From an uncultured Thermoplasmata archaeon (GTDB taxonomy: Archaea > Thermoplasmatota > Thermoplasmata > Lutacidiplasmatales > UBA184): a DNA stretch of 64,000 nucleotides. Each line of letters starts with the position of its first letter. Position 1 is the stretch's first letter. The DNA is taken from NCBI GenBank assembly GCA_963797975.1, contig CAWCRH010000006.1, positions 347,967 to 411,966 on the forward strand, read 5' to 3'. The position numbers and the translations under genes are program-made. Below, one piece after another: positions 29,134-39,898 of this stretch. Below the pieces are notes generated by a model. That model searched no databases, was not told the origin of the DNA, and was given only the letters and a program-made list of their open reading frames with translations.

Positions 29134-29925
29134 CTATAGGACTTTGACCACGCGCGCTCGGACCTCGGCTCGGCGTCGCGCCTCGCGGAGATGAGCCTCT
29201 TGCTCCCGGGTCCGACGGGGGTAACGCACCGTCCAACGAACCGGATATCGAACATCCCACAGGACCAGCGCGTCCGCGGGGGCCAACGGTAGTGAAAGTC
29301 GCCGCGTCCCATTCGCTGCCTCGGTCAGCTGGTTCAACGGTAGGTGGCCCTCCTCGCAGGCAAGTAGCCCCGCGACGATCTTGCGAACCATTCCCCAAAC
29401 GAACGACCGGGCGCGAATGTCGATGCGCACTCCGCTTCCATCGAAGCGTACCCGAAGCCGGTCGATAGGCCGCTGGACCGGGCCGGCGGCGGCAAACCCG
29501 CGACCGAAGCTTCGGACATCGACCGCCGAGGGGAGGTGGCTCGCGATCCGCCGAAGTCGTTCGGTTCGTCGACGGTCCCCCGGGAGGTAGTAACGGTCCT
29601 CTCGCCACGACGCCCCACGGACCCGAAAATCAGGGGGGACCTCCCGGGCCGCCGTGAAGTAGATCTTGGGGGCCAGTCCGTTCATTCCGCGCAGGAGCGA
29701 CGCGACCGGCAGCGCGCTCGAGATCGTCAGTGCGTTTCCCCGCGCGCTGACCCCTGCGTCGGTCCGGCTCGCGACCTCGACCCGGGCGGAGTCCAGGTTG
29801 CGGACGAGAGCGCTGCGAAGAAGGCCGTCCCGGATCGTCCCTTCGACCGTCGGCCGACCGGGCTGGCGCGCCCATCCGAAGAATCCCTCTCCGTCATAGC
29901 CGAAGCGAATCAGCCATCTCGGCAC
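29134..29925 (-). CDS. truA: tRNA pseudouridine(38-40) synthase
   Basis: 263-aa ORF with FGYDGEGFFGWARQPG and the catalytic block SRTDAGVSARGN. Confidence 0.85.
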   Translation of the reverse strand: MPRWLIRFGYDGEGFFGWARQPGRPTVEGTIRDGLLRSALVRNLDSARVEVASRTDAGVSARGNALTISSALPVASLLRGMNGLAPKIYFTAAREVPPDFRVRGASWREDRYYLPGDRRRTERLRRIASHLPSAVDVRSFGRGFAAAGPVQRPIDRLRVRFDGSGVRIDIRARSFVWGMVRKIVAGLLACEEGHLPLNQLTEAANGTRRLSLPLAPADALVLWDVRYPVRWTVRYPRRTREQEAHLREARRRAEVRARVVKVL

Positions 29926-30018
29926 GGACGGGGGGACGGCGACCCGACCACATCAGTCCTATCCACCCGACGCGAAGGTGCGAACCAACGGTGGCTAGGG
30001 AAGGCTCGCGGGTTGGCC

Positions 30019-31389
30019 CTAGGGTGCCGCGGGGTCGACTAGCGCGTCCGCGAGCGCGAGCGCGCGGTCAAGCACGTCCAGCCCGTGGTCGAGCTCCTCG
30101 CGCGTCACGATGAGCGGCGGCGCGACGATCAGGTGCGAGACCCAGCTGATGCAGTAGACCCCTTCCTTCATCATCGCCTGGGTGACGGCGTCAGCGACCA
30201 GCGGACGGCCGGCGATCTTGTCCTCCTCCGTGTTGAACGGAGCCTTGGTCGTCCGGTTTCTAACCAGCTCGACCGCGGCGAACAGCCCGAGCCCCCGCAC
30301 CTCTCCTACGGAGGGGTGGTGCTCCTGGATCTCCTGCAGCCTTCGAAGGAGGTACTCTCCGTCGCGTCGTGATTTCTGGATGAGGTCGAGCCGCCGATAC
30401 TCGTCAATGGCCGCCACCGCCGGAGCGAGCGTGAGGGGGTGGGCCTCGTAGGTATGCCCGTGGGGGAAGTAGCGCTCGCGGAACGTCTCGTGGATCTCGT
30501 GGCTCGTCGCGGTGAGACCCAGGGGAACGGCCGCACCGGTGATCCCCTTCGCGGTCGTGAGAATATCCGGGACTACGTTCCAGTGTTGGACCGCGAACCA
30601 TTCTCCCACCCGTCCCCAGGCGCTCATCACCTCGTCCGCGATCAGGAGCACGTTGTGCCGTTTTGTGATCTCGCGGATCCGAGGCAGATACTCCGGGACC
30701 GGAACGATCACCCCGTTCGTCCCGACGACCGGCTCGAGGATCATGGCCGCGATATCGCCTTCCCGACGGATCTGGTCATCCAATGTGTCCGCGCACGCCA
30801 CGTTACAGCTCGGATACGTCAGGCCGAACGGGCAGCGATAGCAGTAGCAGTCCGGGGCGAAGACGGTGCCCGGGACCTTCTGATGGCGTTCGATGACCCG
30901 GCGCCGGAACTCGCCGGTCACGCTGATCGAGGCCGCGGTCGCACCGTGATAGGAACGGTAGCGAGAGACGACCTTCGAGCGCCCGGTCACGGCACGGGCG
31001 ATCTTCAATGCGGCCTCGTTCGCCTCCGTACCGGAGGTGCTGAAGAAGAACCGGTCGAGGCCGGTCGGGACGACCTCTCGAAGACGCTCGCTCAGCGCGG
31101 CCCGCACAGGCGTGGACATCCCGGGTGCGACGTAGGGTAGCGTGCGCGCCTGGTCGATGATCGCCTGCGTGACCCGGGGGTTGGCGTGTCCGAGGTTGGT
31201 CGCGATGAGCTGGGAGGATAGGTCGAGGTACTCTTTTCCCTGGGCATCCCAGAAACGGCAGCCCTCCGCGCGCGTGATGACGAGAGGGCTCCATCCTCCT
31301 TGACGGCGCCAGGTCACGTAGTTCGTCTCTTGTACGAGCCGCTTTCCCGATTCCGGGTCGAGGGCCGAGGACCCTGTGGATTCGCTCAC
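30019..31389 (-). CDS. Class-III (omega-type) PLP aminotransferase
   Basis: 456-aa ORF with FFSTSGTEANEAALKIAR, LIADEVMSAWGRVGEWF and TTAKGITG (PLP Lys). Confidence 0.8.
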   Translation of the reverse strand: MSESTGSSALDPESGKRLVQETNYVTWRRQGGWSPLVITRAEGCRFWDAQGKEYLDLSSQLIATNLGHANPRVTQAIIDQARTLPYVAPGMSTPVRAALSERLREVVPTGLDRFFFSTSGTEANEAALKIARAVTGRSKVVSRYRSYHGATAASISVTGEFRRRVIERHQKVPGTVFAPDCYCYRCPFGLTYPSCNVACADTLDDQIRREGDIAAMILEPVVGTNGVIVPVPEYLPRIREITKRHNVLLIADEVMSAWGRVGEWFAVQHWNVVPDILTTAKGITGAAVPLGLTATSHEIHETFRERYFPHGHTYEAHPLTLAPAVAAIDEYRRLDLIQKSRRDGEYLLRRLQEIQEHHPSVGEVRGLGLFAAVELVRNRTTKAPFNTEEDKIAGRPLVADAVTQAMMKEGVYCISWVSHLIVAPPLIVTREELDHGLDVLDRALALADALVDPAAP

Positions 31390-31405
31390 GGTTTCGCTCC
31401 GTCGC

Positions 31406-32894
31406 TCAGAGTCCGGAGTAGTTCACGGAGATGAGCTTGACCTCGGTCATCTCGAGCATCGCGGAACGCAGTCCCTCTCGACCGAGCCCGCTCTCCTTCA
31501 CCCCTCCGAACGGTAGCGCATCCCACCGGATGTTCGTGGGGTCGTTGAGATGGACACCGCCCGCGCGGACCCGCCGGGCGATAGAAAAGGCGTGGGCCAT
31601 GTTCTGAGTATACACGGCGGCCTGCAGCCCGTACGGGGTCGCGTTCGCGATGGTGACCGCTTCATCGACCGACTCGAAGCGAAGGATGGGAGCGATCGGG
31701 CCGAACGGTTCCTCCTGGACCATCCGCGCCCGCGGCGGAACCCTGTCCAACACGGTGGGTTGGAAGTAATAGCCCGAACCCGGCGTGGTCGGGGAGGCCC
31801 CCCCCGCGAGGACGGTGGCCCCGCCCGAGCGCGCTTCGTCGACCATCGATTTGAGCCGTCCGAGCGCCGGTGCGTCGATCACGGGACCGACCTCCGTCGT
31901 CTCCTCCATCGCAGAGCCGACCCGAAGCGAACGAGCGCGTTCAGCGAGCGCGCGCGCGAACTCGTCGGCAATCTTCGCGTGGACCAAGAGGCGTTTGGAG
32001 GCCGTACACACCTGACCGGAGTAGAGGAAGGCACCCCGGCTCGCCGCATCGACCGCGCGCGAGAAGGGGGCGTCGTCGAGCACGATCATCGGGTCCATCC
32101 CTCCCATCTCGAGCAGAAGTCGCTTGGCGTGACGACCCGCGGCCTCGGCAATACGCTTGCCGACGTCGGTCGAGCCCGTGAACGTCACGAGTCGCGTCCG
32201 TGGGTGCTCGACCAGCGCCCCGCCGACCGAGTCACCGGGGCCGGTGATGACGTTGAAGGCTCCGGCGGGAAGGCCGGCGTCGGCCAGGTGCTGGGCGAGA
32301 CGAAGGGCGGTGAACGGAGCGTGGCTCGTCGGCTTCGCCACGACCGGGTTGCCGACCGCGAGGGCAGGGGCGACCTTGTGGCAGAGCAGATTGAGCGGGA
32401 AGTTGAACGGGCCGATGGCGACGACGACGCCCATCGGGTCGTGCACGCTGAACAGGAATCGGGTCTCGTTCCCTTCGGGCCGTGAATAGGCGTCGGCGGG
32501 GAACGTTTCACCTCCGAGATGTCGGATCTCCTCCGCCGCCAGCTCGAACACACCCGACGCCCGGTCGACCTCACCGCGGGCCTCTCGGATCGGCTTGCCG
32601 ACCTCGAGCGAGATGAGGCGGGCCATGGTCTCGCGATCGATTCGGATCCGTTCGGCGGTGGCGCGAAGGATCCGGGCCCGTTCATGACCCGGGACCGCCG
32701 CCCATGGCTCCTCCATCGCCGCTGCGGCGTCAACGGCGGCCCGGGCCTCCCCGCGGCTCAGCGACGGGAGCCTCCCCAATGGACCGGCCGGTGGAAGGGT
32801 CGACGACCGGGGCATAGCGGCCCTCCTGGGGAGCCCGCCATTCCCCCGCGATGAAGAGCTGGCCCTTGCCACCCGCCGGGATCCCATCGACCAT
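31406..32894 (-). pseudogene. NAD(P)-dependent aldehyde dehydrogenase (candidate 2-oxoglutarate-semialdehyde dehydrogenase) with an N-terminal +1 frameshift in the C4 run at 32749-32752 as assembled
   Basis: The body carries ALDH motifs (FTGSTDVGKRI, LEMGGMDP, catalytic SGQVCTASKR, EEPFGP). The true N-terminus MVDGIPAGGKGQLFIAGEWRAPQEGRYAPVVDPSTGRSIGEAPVAEPR reads from the ATG at 32892-32894 in another frame. It joins at ...EARAAVDAAA. Confidence 0.85.
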
Positions 32895-32985
32895 AGGGGC
32901 TCATGAGCCGACCGGGAGCTATAATCCCGGTCCCTGACCCCCCTCCGTCGGAGCGAACTCCCCCGCCCCCGAAGCCTCAAGGACC

Positions 32986-34005
32986 GTGGAGGTTCACGAG
33001 AACGTGCCCTCGGTCTCCACCCCAACCCGTCGCGCGGCGGCGACAGGCCCGGCGCCCGCGCCCTCGACCTCTGCACGCAGGATCCGTTACGTCGACAGCC
33101 ACACGGAAGGCGAGCCGACGCGGGTCGTCATCGGGGGCGGGCCGGATCTCGGTATCGGGTCCCTGGCCGAGAGGCGGGAGCGATTCCGGCTGAGCCACGA
33201 TGACTTTCGTCGCCTCGTCATCGACCCCCCGCGCGGGTCGTCGGAGCGGGTCGGGGCTCTGCTCGTCCCACCGCGCGGACCCTCGACGTTCGGGACGATC
33301 TTCTTCAACAACGCGGGAACCTTGGGAATGTGCGGCCACGGTAGCATCGGTGTGGCCGTCACCCTCGCCCATCTGGGCGAGGTCACCGTTCCCGGCCGCT
33401 TCGAGCTCGAGACCCCCGTCGGGCCGGTGAACGTGGAGCTCCACTCCGGAACCGAAGCGTCCATCACGAACGTGGCTAGTTACCGACATCAGTCGGCGGT
33501 CCGCGTCGACGTGCCCGCCTACGGTTCCGTGGTCGGAGATGTTGCCTGGGGAGGTAACTGGTTCTTCCTGGTCGACGTCGGAGAGGAGCTCCTTCGTGTC
33601 GAGGACGCTTCGCAGCTCGTCGCTCGAACGGAGGCGATCCGCGCCGCGCTCCAGCGCAAGGGGATCACGGGACGGAACGGAGCCCCGATCGACCACATCG
33701 AGCTCTCGGGCGCTCCGGTGCGAGCGGATGCCGACTCTCGAAATTTCGTACTGTGCCCGGGCGGCGCGTACGACCGCTCGCCGTGCGGGACCGGAACGAG
33801 CGCCAAGATGGCCTGCCTCTACGCCGACCGCCGGCTGAAGGAGGGAGAGCTCTGGCGACAGGAGGGGATCCTGGGAACCCGGTTCGTCGGGACCGCGCAC
33901 ATCCGCGATGGTCTCTTCACGCCCATCGTGCGCGGCCGGGCGTTCATCACGAACGAGGGAGAACTGGTCGCTGACCCGGCGGACCCGCTCCTTCCCCGCA
34001 CATGA
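32986..34005 (+). CDS. Proline racemase / 4-hydroxyproline 2-epimerase family protein (two catalytic Cys)
   Basis: VDSHTEGEPTRVVIGG, GTLGMCGHGSIG and DRSPCGTGTSAKMA are the family signature blocks. Both Cys residues are present. Confidence 0.85.
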   Translation: MEVHENVPSVSTPTRRAAATGPAPAPSTSARRIRYVDSHTEGEPTRVVIGGGPDLGIGSLAERRERFRLSHDDFRRLVIDPPRGSSERVGALLVPPRGPSTFGTIFFNNAGTLGMCGHGSIGVAVTLAHLGEVTVPGRFELETPVGPVNVELHSGTEASITNVASYRHQSAVRVDVPAYGSVVGDVAWGGNWFFLVDVGEELLRVEDASQLVARTEAIRAALQRKGITGRNGAPIDHIELSGAPVRADADSRNFVLCPGGAYDRSPCGTGTSAKMACLYADRRLKEGELWRQEGILGTRFVGTAHIRDGLFTPIVRGRAFITNEGELVADPADPLLPRT

Positions 34006-35159
34006 AGGACCGCACCGAGCCGACCGACGTCCTCGTGGTCGGCGGCGGGATCGTCGGGGTCGCGTGTGCGGAGGCGTGTGCGACATCGGGCCTGCAGGTC
34101 CGCCTCATCGAACAAGACCGAGTCGGGTCGGGAACGACGGGGGCGGGGATGGGGCACGTCGTCCTAATGCCGGGCGACCTCCTTCCCCTGACGCGCTACT
34201 CCCAAAAGCTCTGGCGCGCCCGCGCATCCGATTGGGTCGGTCAGGTGCCGATCCGATCGACGGGAACGATCTGGCTCGCGCGCGACGAGAGAGAGCAGGC
34301 TCGGCTCGACTCACTCGAGGCGGCGCTCGCCGTTCCGAAGGTCTCGATGCAACGCCTGGAGGGAGAGGAGCTCCACCGCCAGGAGCCAGCGCTCTCCTCC
34401 GCGGTGACGAACGGTCTATGGGTAAAGGACGACCTCTTGGTCGACCCGGTGGCGGCGACCCTTAGGCTGGCCGCCCTCGCCCAGGCCCGCAAGGTGGATC
34501 TCATGGAGGGAATGCGCGTAGAATCGATCGTCGATAGTGGGGTCCGATTGGCGGAGGGGACTACCCTGCGTGCGAGGCACGTGGTCATCGCGGCGGGTGT
34601 CGAAACCACTCGCCTCCTTCCGGAACTGGGGATCTACCCCCGCAAGGGACACATCGTACAGCTCGCGACTCCGAACGGGTACGTACGCTCCCAGCTGGGC
34701 GAGGTCGGCTACGCGCTGGGCGCCGAGTTCGACGCCGAGGAGAGCGTAGCCTTCAACGTCTATCCGGCGCACCCCGGCGGTATCTGGGTTGGCGCCTCTC
34801 GTCAGAAGGGGGTGGAATCGCCCGAGGTCGAGCAACGGATCGTAGACCGGCTCCTCGCCCGAGCCCTCGACTACCTACCGGACGCTTCCGACCTTCCCGT
34901 CGTCCACCGCTGGACGGGGCTACGGCCGGCGAGCCCCGACCACCGGCCCTTCATCGGAGCGTGGCCGGGCCGGTCGGACCTCCTCGTTGCCGCGGGGCAC
35001 GAGGGACTCGGAGTCACCACCTCTCTCGCCACCGGTCGCCTCATCGCCGACCTCGTGGCCGGGCATCGCTCGGAGATCGATCGAGAGCGGTTCGCGCTCA
35101 CGGGACGGCTTGGGTCTGAGGCGAAACCACGAAAGCCCCCACGCCGTTCGTCGGCGTGA
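34002..35159 (+). CDS. FAD-dependent oxidoreductase (DAO family; candidate D-hydroxyproline/D-proline dehydrogenase)
   Basis: DVLVVGGGIVGVACAEAC is a dinucleotide-binding motif. The product is 385 aa. It has an ATGA overlap with the epimerase stop. Confidence 0.75.
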   Translation: MKDRTEPTDVLVVGGGIVGVACAEACATSGLQVRLIEQDRVGSGTTGAGMGHVVLMPGDLLPLTRYSQKLWRARASDWVGQVPIRSTGTIWLARDEREQARLDSLEAALAVPKVSMQRLEGEELHRQEPALSSAVTNGLWVKDDLLVDPVAATLRLAALAQARKVDLMEGMRVESIVDSGVRLAEGTTLRARHVVIAAGVETTRLLPELGIYPRKGHIVQLATPNGYVRSQLGEVGYALGAEFDAEESVAFNVYPAHPGGIWVGASRQKGVESPEVEQRIVDRLLARALDYLPDASDLPVVHRWTGLRPASPDHRPFIGAWPGRSDLLVAAGHEGLGVTTSLATGRLIADLVAGHRSEIDRERFALTGRLGSEAKPRKPPRRSSA

Positions 35160-36097
35160 GCCGGGGGGAGGGGAGAACCATGCCGTGGTCGGGAGTTTGG
35201 CCCGCGATCACCACCCCCTTCGACGCCCGCGGCGCGGTCGACCTCGACCTCCTCGAACGGCACGTACGATGGCTCGTCGCCTCGGGCTGCACGGGGGTGG
35301 TCGCCCTGGGCTCCCTCGGCGAGACGGCGACGCTCTCCTGGGAGGAGAAGATAGCCATCGTCACGCACGCCCGCTCCGCGGTCGGTGCCTCCGCTCGGAT
35401 CTTGGTCGGGGTCTCGGCTGGCTCGACCGAAGAGGCCGTGCGCTGGGCGCGCGAGGCCGAGCGGCGTGACGTCGGCGGGCTGATGGTCCTCCCTCCGTAC
35501 GTCTACCGAGGCGATCCCCGAGAGACCGCGCTCCACTTCGACGCGGTGCTGGACGCAGTTTCCCTTCCGGTCATGCTGTACAACAACCCCGTCGCCTACG
35601 GGACGGATGTCCCGCCGGATGAGGTCATCGCGCTCGCCCATCGCCATCGAAACCTGGTTGCCGTGAAGGAGTCGAGCGGAGACCTGCGACGATTGACGGC
35701 ACTGGCCCTATACGGGTCCCGTCCGATCGACCTCTTCATCGGGATCGACGACCAGATCCTGGAAGGGCTCGCGCTCGGAGCGCACGGTTGGATCGCCGGG
35801 CTCGCGAACGCCCTGCCGGTCGAATCGGTCGTGCTCTTCGAACGAGCCCGCGCCGGTCGGTCCGACGAGGCGAGGGCCCTCTACCGCTGGTTCCTTCCCC
35901 TCCTTAGGATGGACACCGAGCCGAAGTTCGTCCAACTCATCAAGCTCGTGGAGGAGGCGGTCGGAGTGGGTTCGCCAAGGGTGCGGCCTCCGCGTCAGGA
36001 ATTGTCGGGCCCCGAGCTCGAACACACCCGGGCGCTCGTCCGTTCCGTGCTCTCGAAGAGGCCCGAGCTCCCGAGAGCTCCCCCGCAACTCCCCTGA
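35156..36097 (+). CDS. DapA/dihydrodipicolinate-synthase family lyase (candidate pyrroline-4-hydroxy-2-carboxylate deaminase)
   Basis: ITTPFDARGAVDLDLLERHV, GSLGETATLSWEEK and VAVKESSGD (Schiff-base Lys). The GTG start at 35156 overlaps the previous stop; an alternative ATG lies at 35180. Confidence 0.75.
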   Translation: MSRGEGRTMPWSGVWPAITTPFDARGAVDLDLLERHVRWLVASGCTGVVALGSLGETATLSWEEKIAIVTHARSAVGASARILVGVSAGSTEEAVRWAREAERRDVGGLMVLPPYVYRGDPRETALHFDAVLDAVSLPVMLYNNPVAYGTDVPPDEVIALAHRHRNLVAVKESSGDLRRLTALALYGSRPIDLFIGIDDQILEGLALGAHGWIAGLANALPVESVVLFERARAGRSDEARALYRWFLPLLRMDTEPKFVQLIKLVEEAVGVGSPRVRPPRQELSGPELEHTRALVRSVLSKRPELPRAPPQLP

Positions 36098-36106
36098 GTG
36101 GGCTCC

Positions 36107-36742
36107 TCAGGTCTTGGGAGACGAGGGTCGTCGCTTGCGCGGTGCTTTCGTTTCCGACGCGACCGTATTCTCCTCCGCAGGGGCCTTCGGGGCGGGGGTC
36201 GCGTTCGCGGTGCGCACGAGAAGGTCGCGGAAGGTATCGAAGAAGCGGAGGTACGGGTCGGCCCGACGGATCTCCTCGAGCTCGCCGAGGGCGATCTCGT
36301 ACTGGGCTTTGGCCGTGGGGTCCCCGCTCGTGGCCCTAAGGGCGTGGATGCACAGGACCTGGTAGTGCGGAAGGACGAAGGCGTCCGGGCGCGGCCGGCT
36401 CATGTCCCCCTTCCGAGGCCGGTAGATCCTCTCGAGCGGCACCCGCTCGGCGACGGCCCGTCGATGGGAGAATCCGAAGTAGTGGCCCGGGCCGAGGACG
36501 CGGTTGGCCTCGCGGACGTTCCCCTGGAACGCCAAGGTCAACCGGTCACACTCATGCCAGCACCACAGGCCGAAGCCGTAGTCCCCCTCCTGGTACGCAT
36601 CCCAGGCCTTGGCGTACAGACGTCGAGCCTTCTCCTCCGGTGACCACTCGGGAAGGAGCTCCGCTCGCCAATCGGAGATGAGAAGGTCGACTCGCATCGA
36701 CGCGGAAATCGTCCGGAACTCGGGGATGTCCGAATCGGCCAT
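36107..36742 (-). CDS. Hypothetical protein
   Basis: From MADSDIPEFRTISASMRVDLL..., with a Lys/Pro-rich C-terminal tail. The start was chosen so that it does not overlap the amidohydrolase. No family was recognised. Confidence 0.45.
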   Translation of the reverse strand: MADSDIPEFRTISASMRVDLLISDWRAELLPEWSPEEKARRLYAKAWDAYQEGDYGFGLWCWHECDRLTLAFQGNVREANRVLGPGHYFGFSHRRAVAERVPLERIYRPRKGDMSRPRPDAFVLPHYQVLCIHALRATSGDPTAKAQYEIALGELEEIRRADPYLRFFDTFRDLLVRTANATPAPKAPAEENTVASETKAPRKRRPSSPKT

Positions 36743-36764
36743 GGCCCGCCCTTCCCTTACGGAC

Positions 36765-38357
36765 TTAGACCGTTTGCGGGCTCGACCCTGAGGAGGGTTG
36801 GCAGTAGACCCGAGCGCCGTCCACCCAGGTTTCGCGGACCGTCGCCACGCCTGCCTCGATGGCCTGCTCGAGAGAGGGGGCATGCAGGCGAACGAGGTCG
36901 GCCCGGCGCCCGGGTTCGAGCTCGCCGATCTCGGGTTCTCCGAGCGCCTGCGCGCCCCCCCGCGTGTAAAGGCTCACCGCCATTTCGGCGGTGAGCTCCT
37001 CCTCCCGTTCGGGGTTCGCCGACCGTCCGTTCGGTCCCACGCGGTGGATGGCCGCCCTCAGCCCGAGCCAGGGATCGAACGCATCGAAGGGGGCGTCGCT
37101 CGACCCGGCGAGGATGTGACCGTGTTCGAGCAGCGTCCGAAAGGGGTACGCCCATCGCGCTCGGTCGTTCCCGAGGCGGCCGGTGAGCCACCCATCACTC
37201 CAGACGAAGACCGGCTGGACCACGAGGACCGGGCGGACCCGGTCGACCTTGGGAAGAAGCGCAGGAGGGACCAGTCCTGCATGCTCGACCCGCTCGGGAC
37301 GCGCGAGAGGATGGTCGACCGGAGGTTCGAGGCACTGAAGCGCTTGGTCCAACCCTCGATCCCCCAGCGCGTGGACCGCGGGCGAGAGTCCGAGCGACCG
37401 GGCCCGGTCGAACGCTTCCCGCATCACGTCGAGGGAGTCGACCGACATCCCCGCGTTGCTGGGATCGTCGGTGTACGGCTCGCTCAGCCAGGCCGTCCGC
37501 GTCCCGAAGGCGCCATCGGCGAACGCCTTCACGCCGGCGACCCCGAACCGACCGTCGGAGCTACGCAGCGCGGCGACCTTCCGCGAGCCCATCAGGGCGA
37601 AGCCGCGGAGACCGACCCATGCCCGCACCCGGATCGGCAGCCGATCCTCTTCGGCGAGCGCGTCGATCGCCTCGAGCTCCTCCGGGCCCGCGTTCATGGT
37701 CCCCACGGCCGTGAGCCCATGAGCGGCGGCTCGCTCCAACCTTCTACCGACGGCACCCGGCTCGGACGCAAGCGCCGTGTGAGCAAGCCCGTTCACCCGG
37801 CGTGTCGCAGCCTCAAAGAGACAGCCGTTCGGCTCGTCTCGCGCGTCTCGTCCCACGCGCCCCCCCGGTGGGTCCGGCGTGTGACGGTCGATCCCGAGGG
37901 TCTCTAGGGCGACGGAGTTGACGATCACCGCGTGGCCCGAGGCGTGGTAGAGGAGGACCGGGCGGCCGGCGTCGATCCGGTCGAGGTCACGACGCTGCGG
38001 CCACTCGGACTCGAGCGAGTCCCCCGTGTCCCACCCCCGAGCGACGATGGGTCCCGAAGGGTGCGCATCTCCCCAAGCACGAGCACGGTCGATGAACGCG
38101 GCGGTCGACGTACCCCGTTCGAGGAGGACCCCCTGCGCCTCGAGTGCCAGCTCTCCGAGATGCAGATGCGCATCAATGAGGCCCGGGATGATCGCCTCGC
38201 CGTTCAGCGGATGGTTCTCGACCCCCGTCGGCCGCAGGGGGCGCAGCGCCGTCTCCGACCCGACTGCGACGACCCGGCCGTCGTCGACCAGCAGGGCCTC
38301 GTGGAAACGGCGGCCCGTAAAGACCCGACCCCCCGACCAGAAGTGCGACTCGGTCAC
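36765..38357 (-). CDS. Amidohydrolase family (YtcJ-like metal-dependent hydrolase)
   Basis: 530-aa ORF with IIPGLIDAHLHLGE (metal-binding HxH), AVHALGDRG and GSSDAPFD. Confidence 0.75.
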   Translation of the reverse strand: MTESHFWSGGRVFTGRRFHEALLVDDGRVVAVGSETALRPLRPTGVENHPLNGEAIIPGLIDAHLHLGELALEAQGVLLERGTSTAAFIDRARAWGDAHPSGPIVARGWDTGDSLESEWPQRRDLDRIDAGRPVLLYHASGHAVIVNSVALETLGIDRHTPDPPGGRVGRDARDEPNGCLFEAATRRVNGLAHTALASEPGAVGRRLERAAAHGLTAVGTMNAGPEELEAIDALAEEDRLPIRVRAWVGLRGFALMGSRKVAALRSSDGRFGVAGVKAFADGAFGTRTAWLSEPYTDDPSNAGMSVDSLDVMREAFDRARSLGLSPAVHALGDRGLDQALQCLEPPVDHPLARPERVEHAGLVPPALLPKVDRVRPVLVVQPVFVWSDGWLTGRLGNDRARWAYPFRTLLEHGHILAGSSDAPFDAFDPWLGLRAAIHRVGPNGRSANPEREEELTAEMAVSLYTRGGAQALGEPEIGELEPGRRADLVRLHAPSLEQAIEAGVATVRETWVDGARVYCQPSSGSSPQTV

Positions 38358-38435
38358 CGTCGGCGTCCCTCCACGGGAAGAGCCGGGACATTGATGAGCC
38401 CCACGCGGCGGACGGGGGTTCCGGAGGCCCCCCGC

Positions 38436-39898
38436 TCACACGTCGAGGTACCGATAGAACTCGTACGGGTGCGGACGCAGGTTGAGCTCCAGCTGCTCCT
38501 GCCGTTTGAGTTCGACGTACGTCTCGATGAGCGAGGGGGCGAACGCCGGCTTCAGGAACTCGTGGTCCGATTCGAGACAGTCGAGCGCCTCACCGAGCGA
38601 ACCCGGGAGCTCGCGCACCTGGAGGTCCTTGCGCTGCGCCGTGGTGAGCTTGTAGATGTCTTGGTCGACGGGGGGCGGGGGCTCGATCTTACGTCGGATA
38701 CCGTCCAGCCCGGCGAGCGCGAGGGCGGCCTCGGTGAGGTAGATGTTCGCGGCGGAGTCCGGCGTGCGGTATTCGACCCGCTTCGCCGCCGGCCGACCCC
38801 GATGGTAGGCGGGGATGCGGACGCTGGCCGACCGGTTCCCCGGCTCCACGCGATGAAGACGGGGGCCTCGAAGCCGGGGACCAGGCGTCGGTAGGAGTTC
38901 GTGATGGGGTTCGTGATCGCGCAGAGCGCTCGGGAGTGCTCGAGGAGTCCGCCGACATAGTAGTGGCAGGTCTGGCTGACCTCGGCGTAGGCGTCCTTCT
39001 CGTCGTAGAACGTGTTCGTCTCCTTCTGCCAGAGCGACTGGTTCGTGTGCATGCCGATGGCGTTGTCGCCGTAGACCGGCTTCGGCATCAGACACGCGAT
39101 CTTCCCGTGGCGGTGGGCGACGTTCTTGATCACGTAACGGACGTCCTGGATGTGGTCGGCCATCGGCACGAGCTCGTCGAAGCGGACGTTGAGCTCACCC
39201 TGGCCGGCCGTCGACACCTCGTGGTGGTGGGCGTCCATGACGATGTGGAAGTCGTCCTCGAGGATGTTCGCCATCTCGGCCCGCATCCCGATGTCGGAAT
39301 CCTGGGGCGCACTACGGTGGTACCCCTCCTTGAACCGAATGGGGGATTGGAGCGTTCCGGTCTGCCAGGGGGCCTCTTCCTGGTGGATCAAGTAGCCCGA
39401 CCCGCTCCAGGCGTCACGAACCCCCTGCATCGAGGGAATCATCTCGATCGAGTCGAAGACGAAGAACTCGATCTCGGGGCCCCAATAGGAACGATCGAAG
39501 CCGGCCTCGGCGAGGACATGCTCGCTCCGCCGCGCGACCCACCGCGGGTCGTGCGCGTACGGTTCGCGGGTCCCTCCGATCCGTACGTCGCAGATGAACC
39601 GAACCGTTCCCCCCACCTCCGGGTCCCACGGAAGGCGCGCGAGCGTTGCGGGGTCCGGGACGAGGAGCATGTCGGAGTCATGGATCTCCCGGAAGCCACG
39701 GACCGAGGAGCCGTCGAGCTTCGGGACCCCGGAGGTGAACGAGTCGACGTCGAGCGTGTAGAGCGGGACGGCGACCTGGTTGAACGCCCCGAAGACGTCC
39801 GTGTAGAACAGCTGAACCCAGCGAACCCCTTCCGTCCTCAGTTCTTCGAGCAGCTGACCGATGTCCCTGCGCTCGCTCTGAACCTTCGATGGCGACAC
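38436..39898 (-). pseudogene. glnA: Glutamine synthetase type I, interrupted by a -1 frameshift (one base missing) in the C4 run at 38838-38841 as assembled
   Basis: The N-terminal 340 aa are typical GS (KPVYGDNAIGMHTNQSLW, NSYRRLVPGFEAPVFIAWS). The conserved NRSASVRIPAY...RVEYRTPDSAANIYL continues in another frame (track ORF 38436..39095). Confidence 0.9.
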
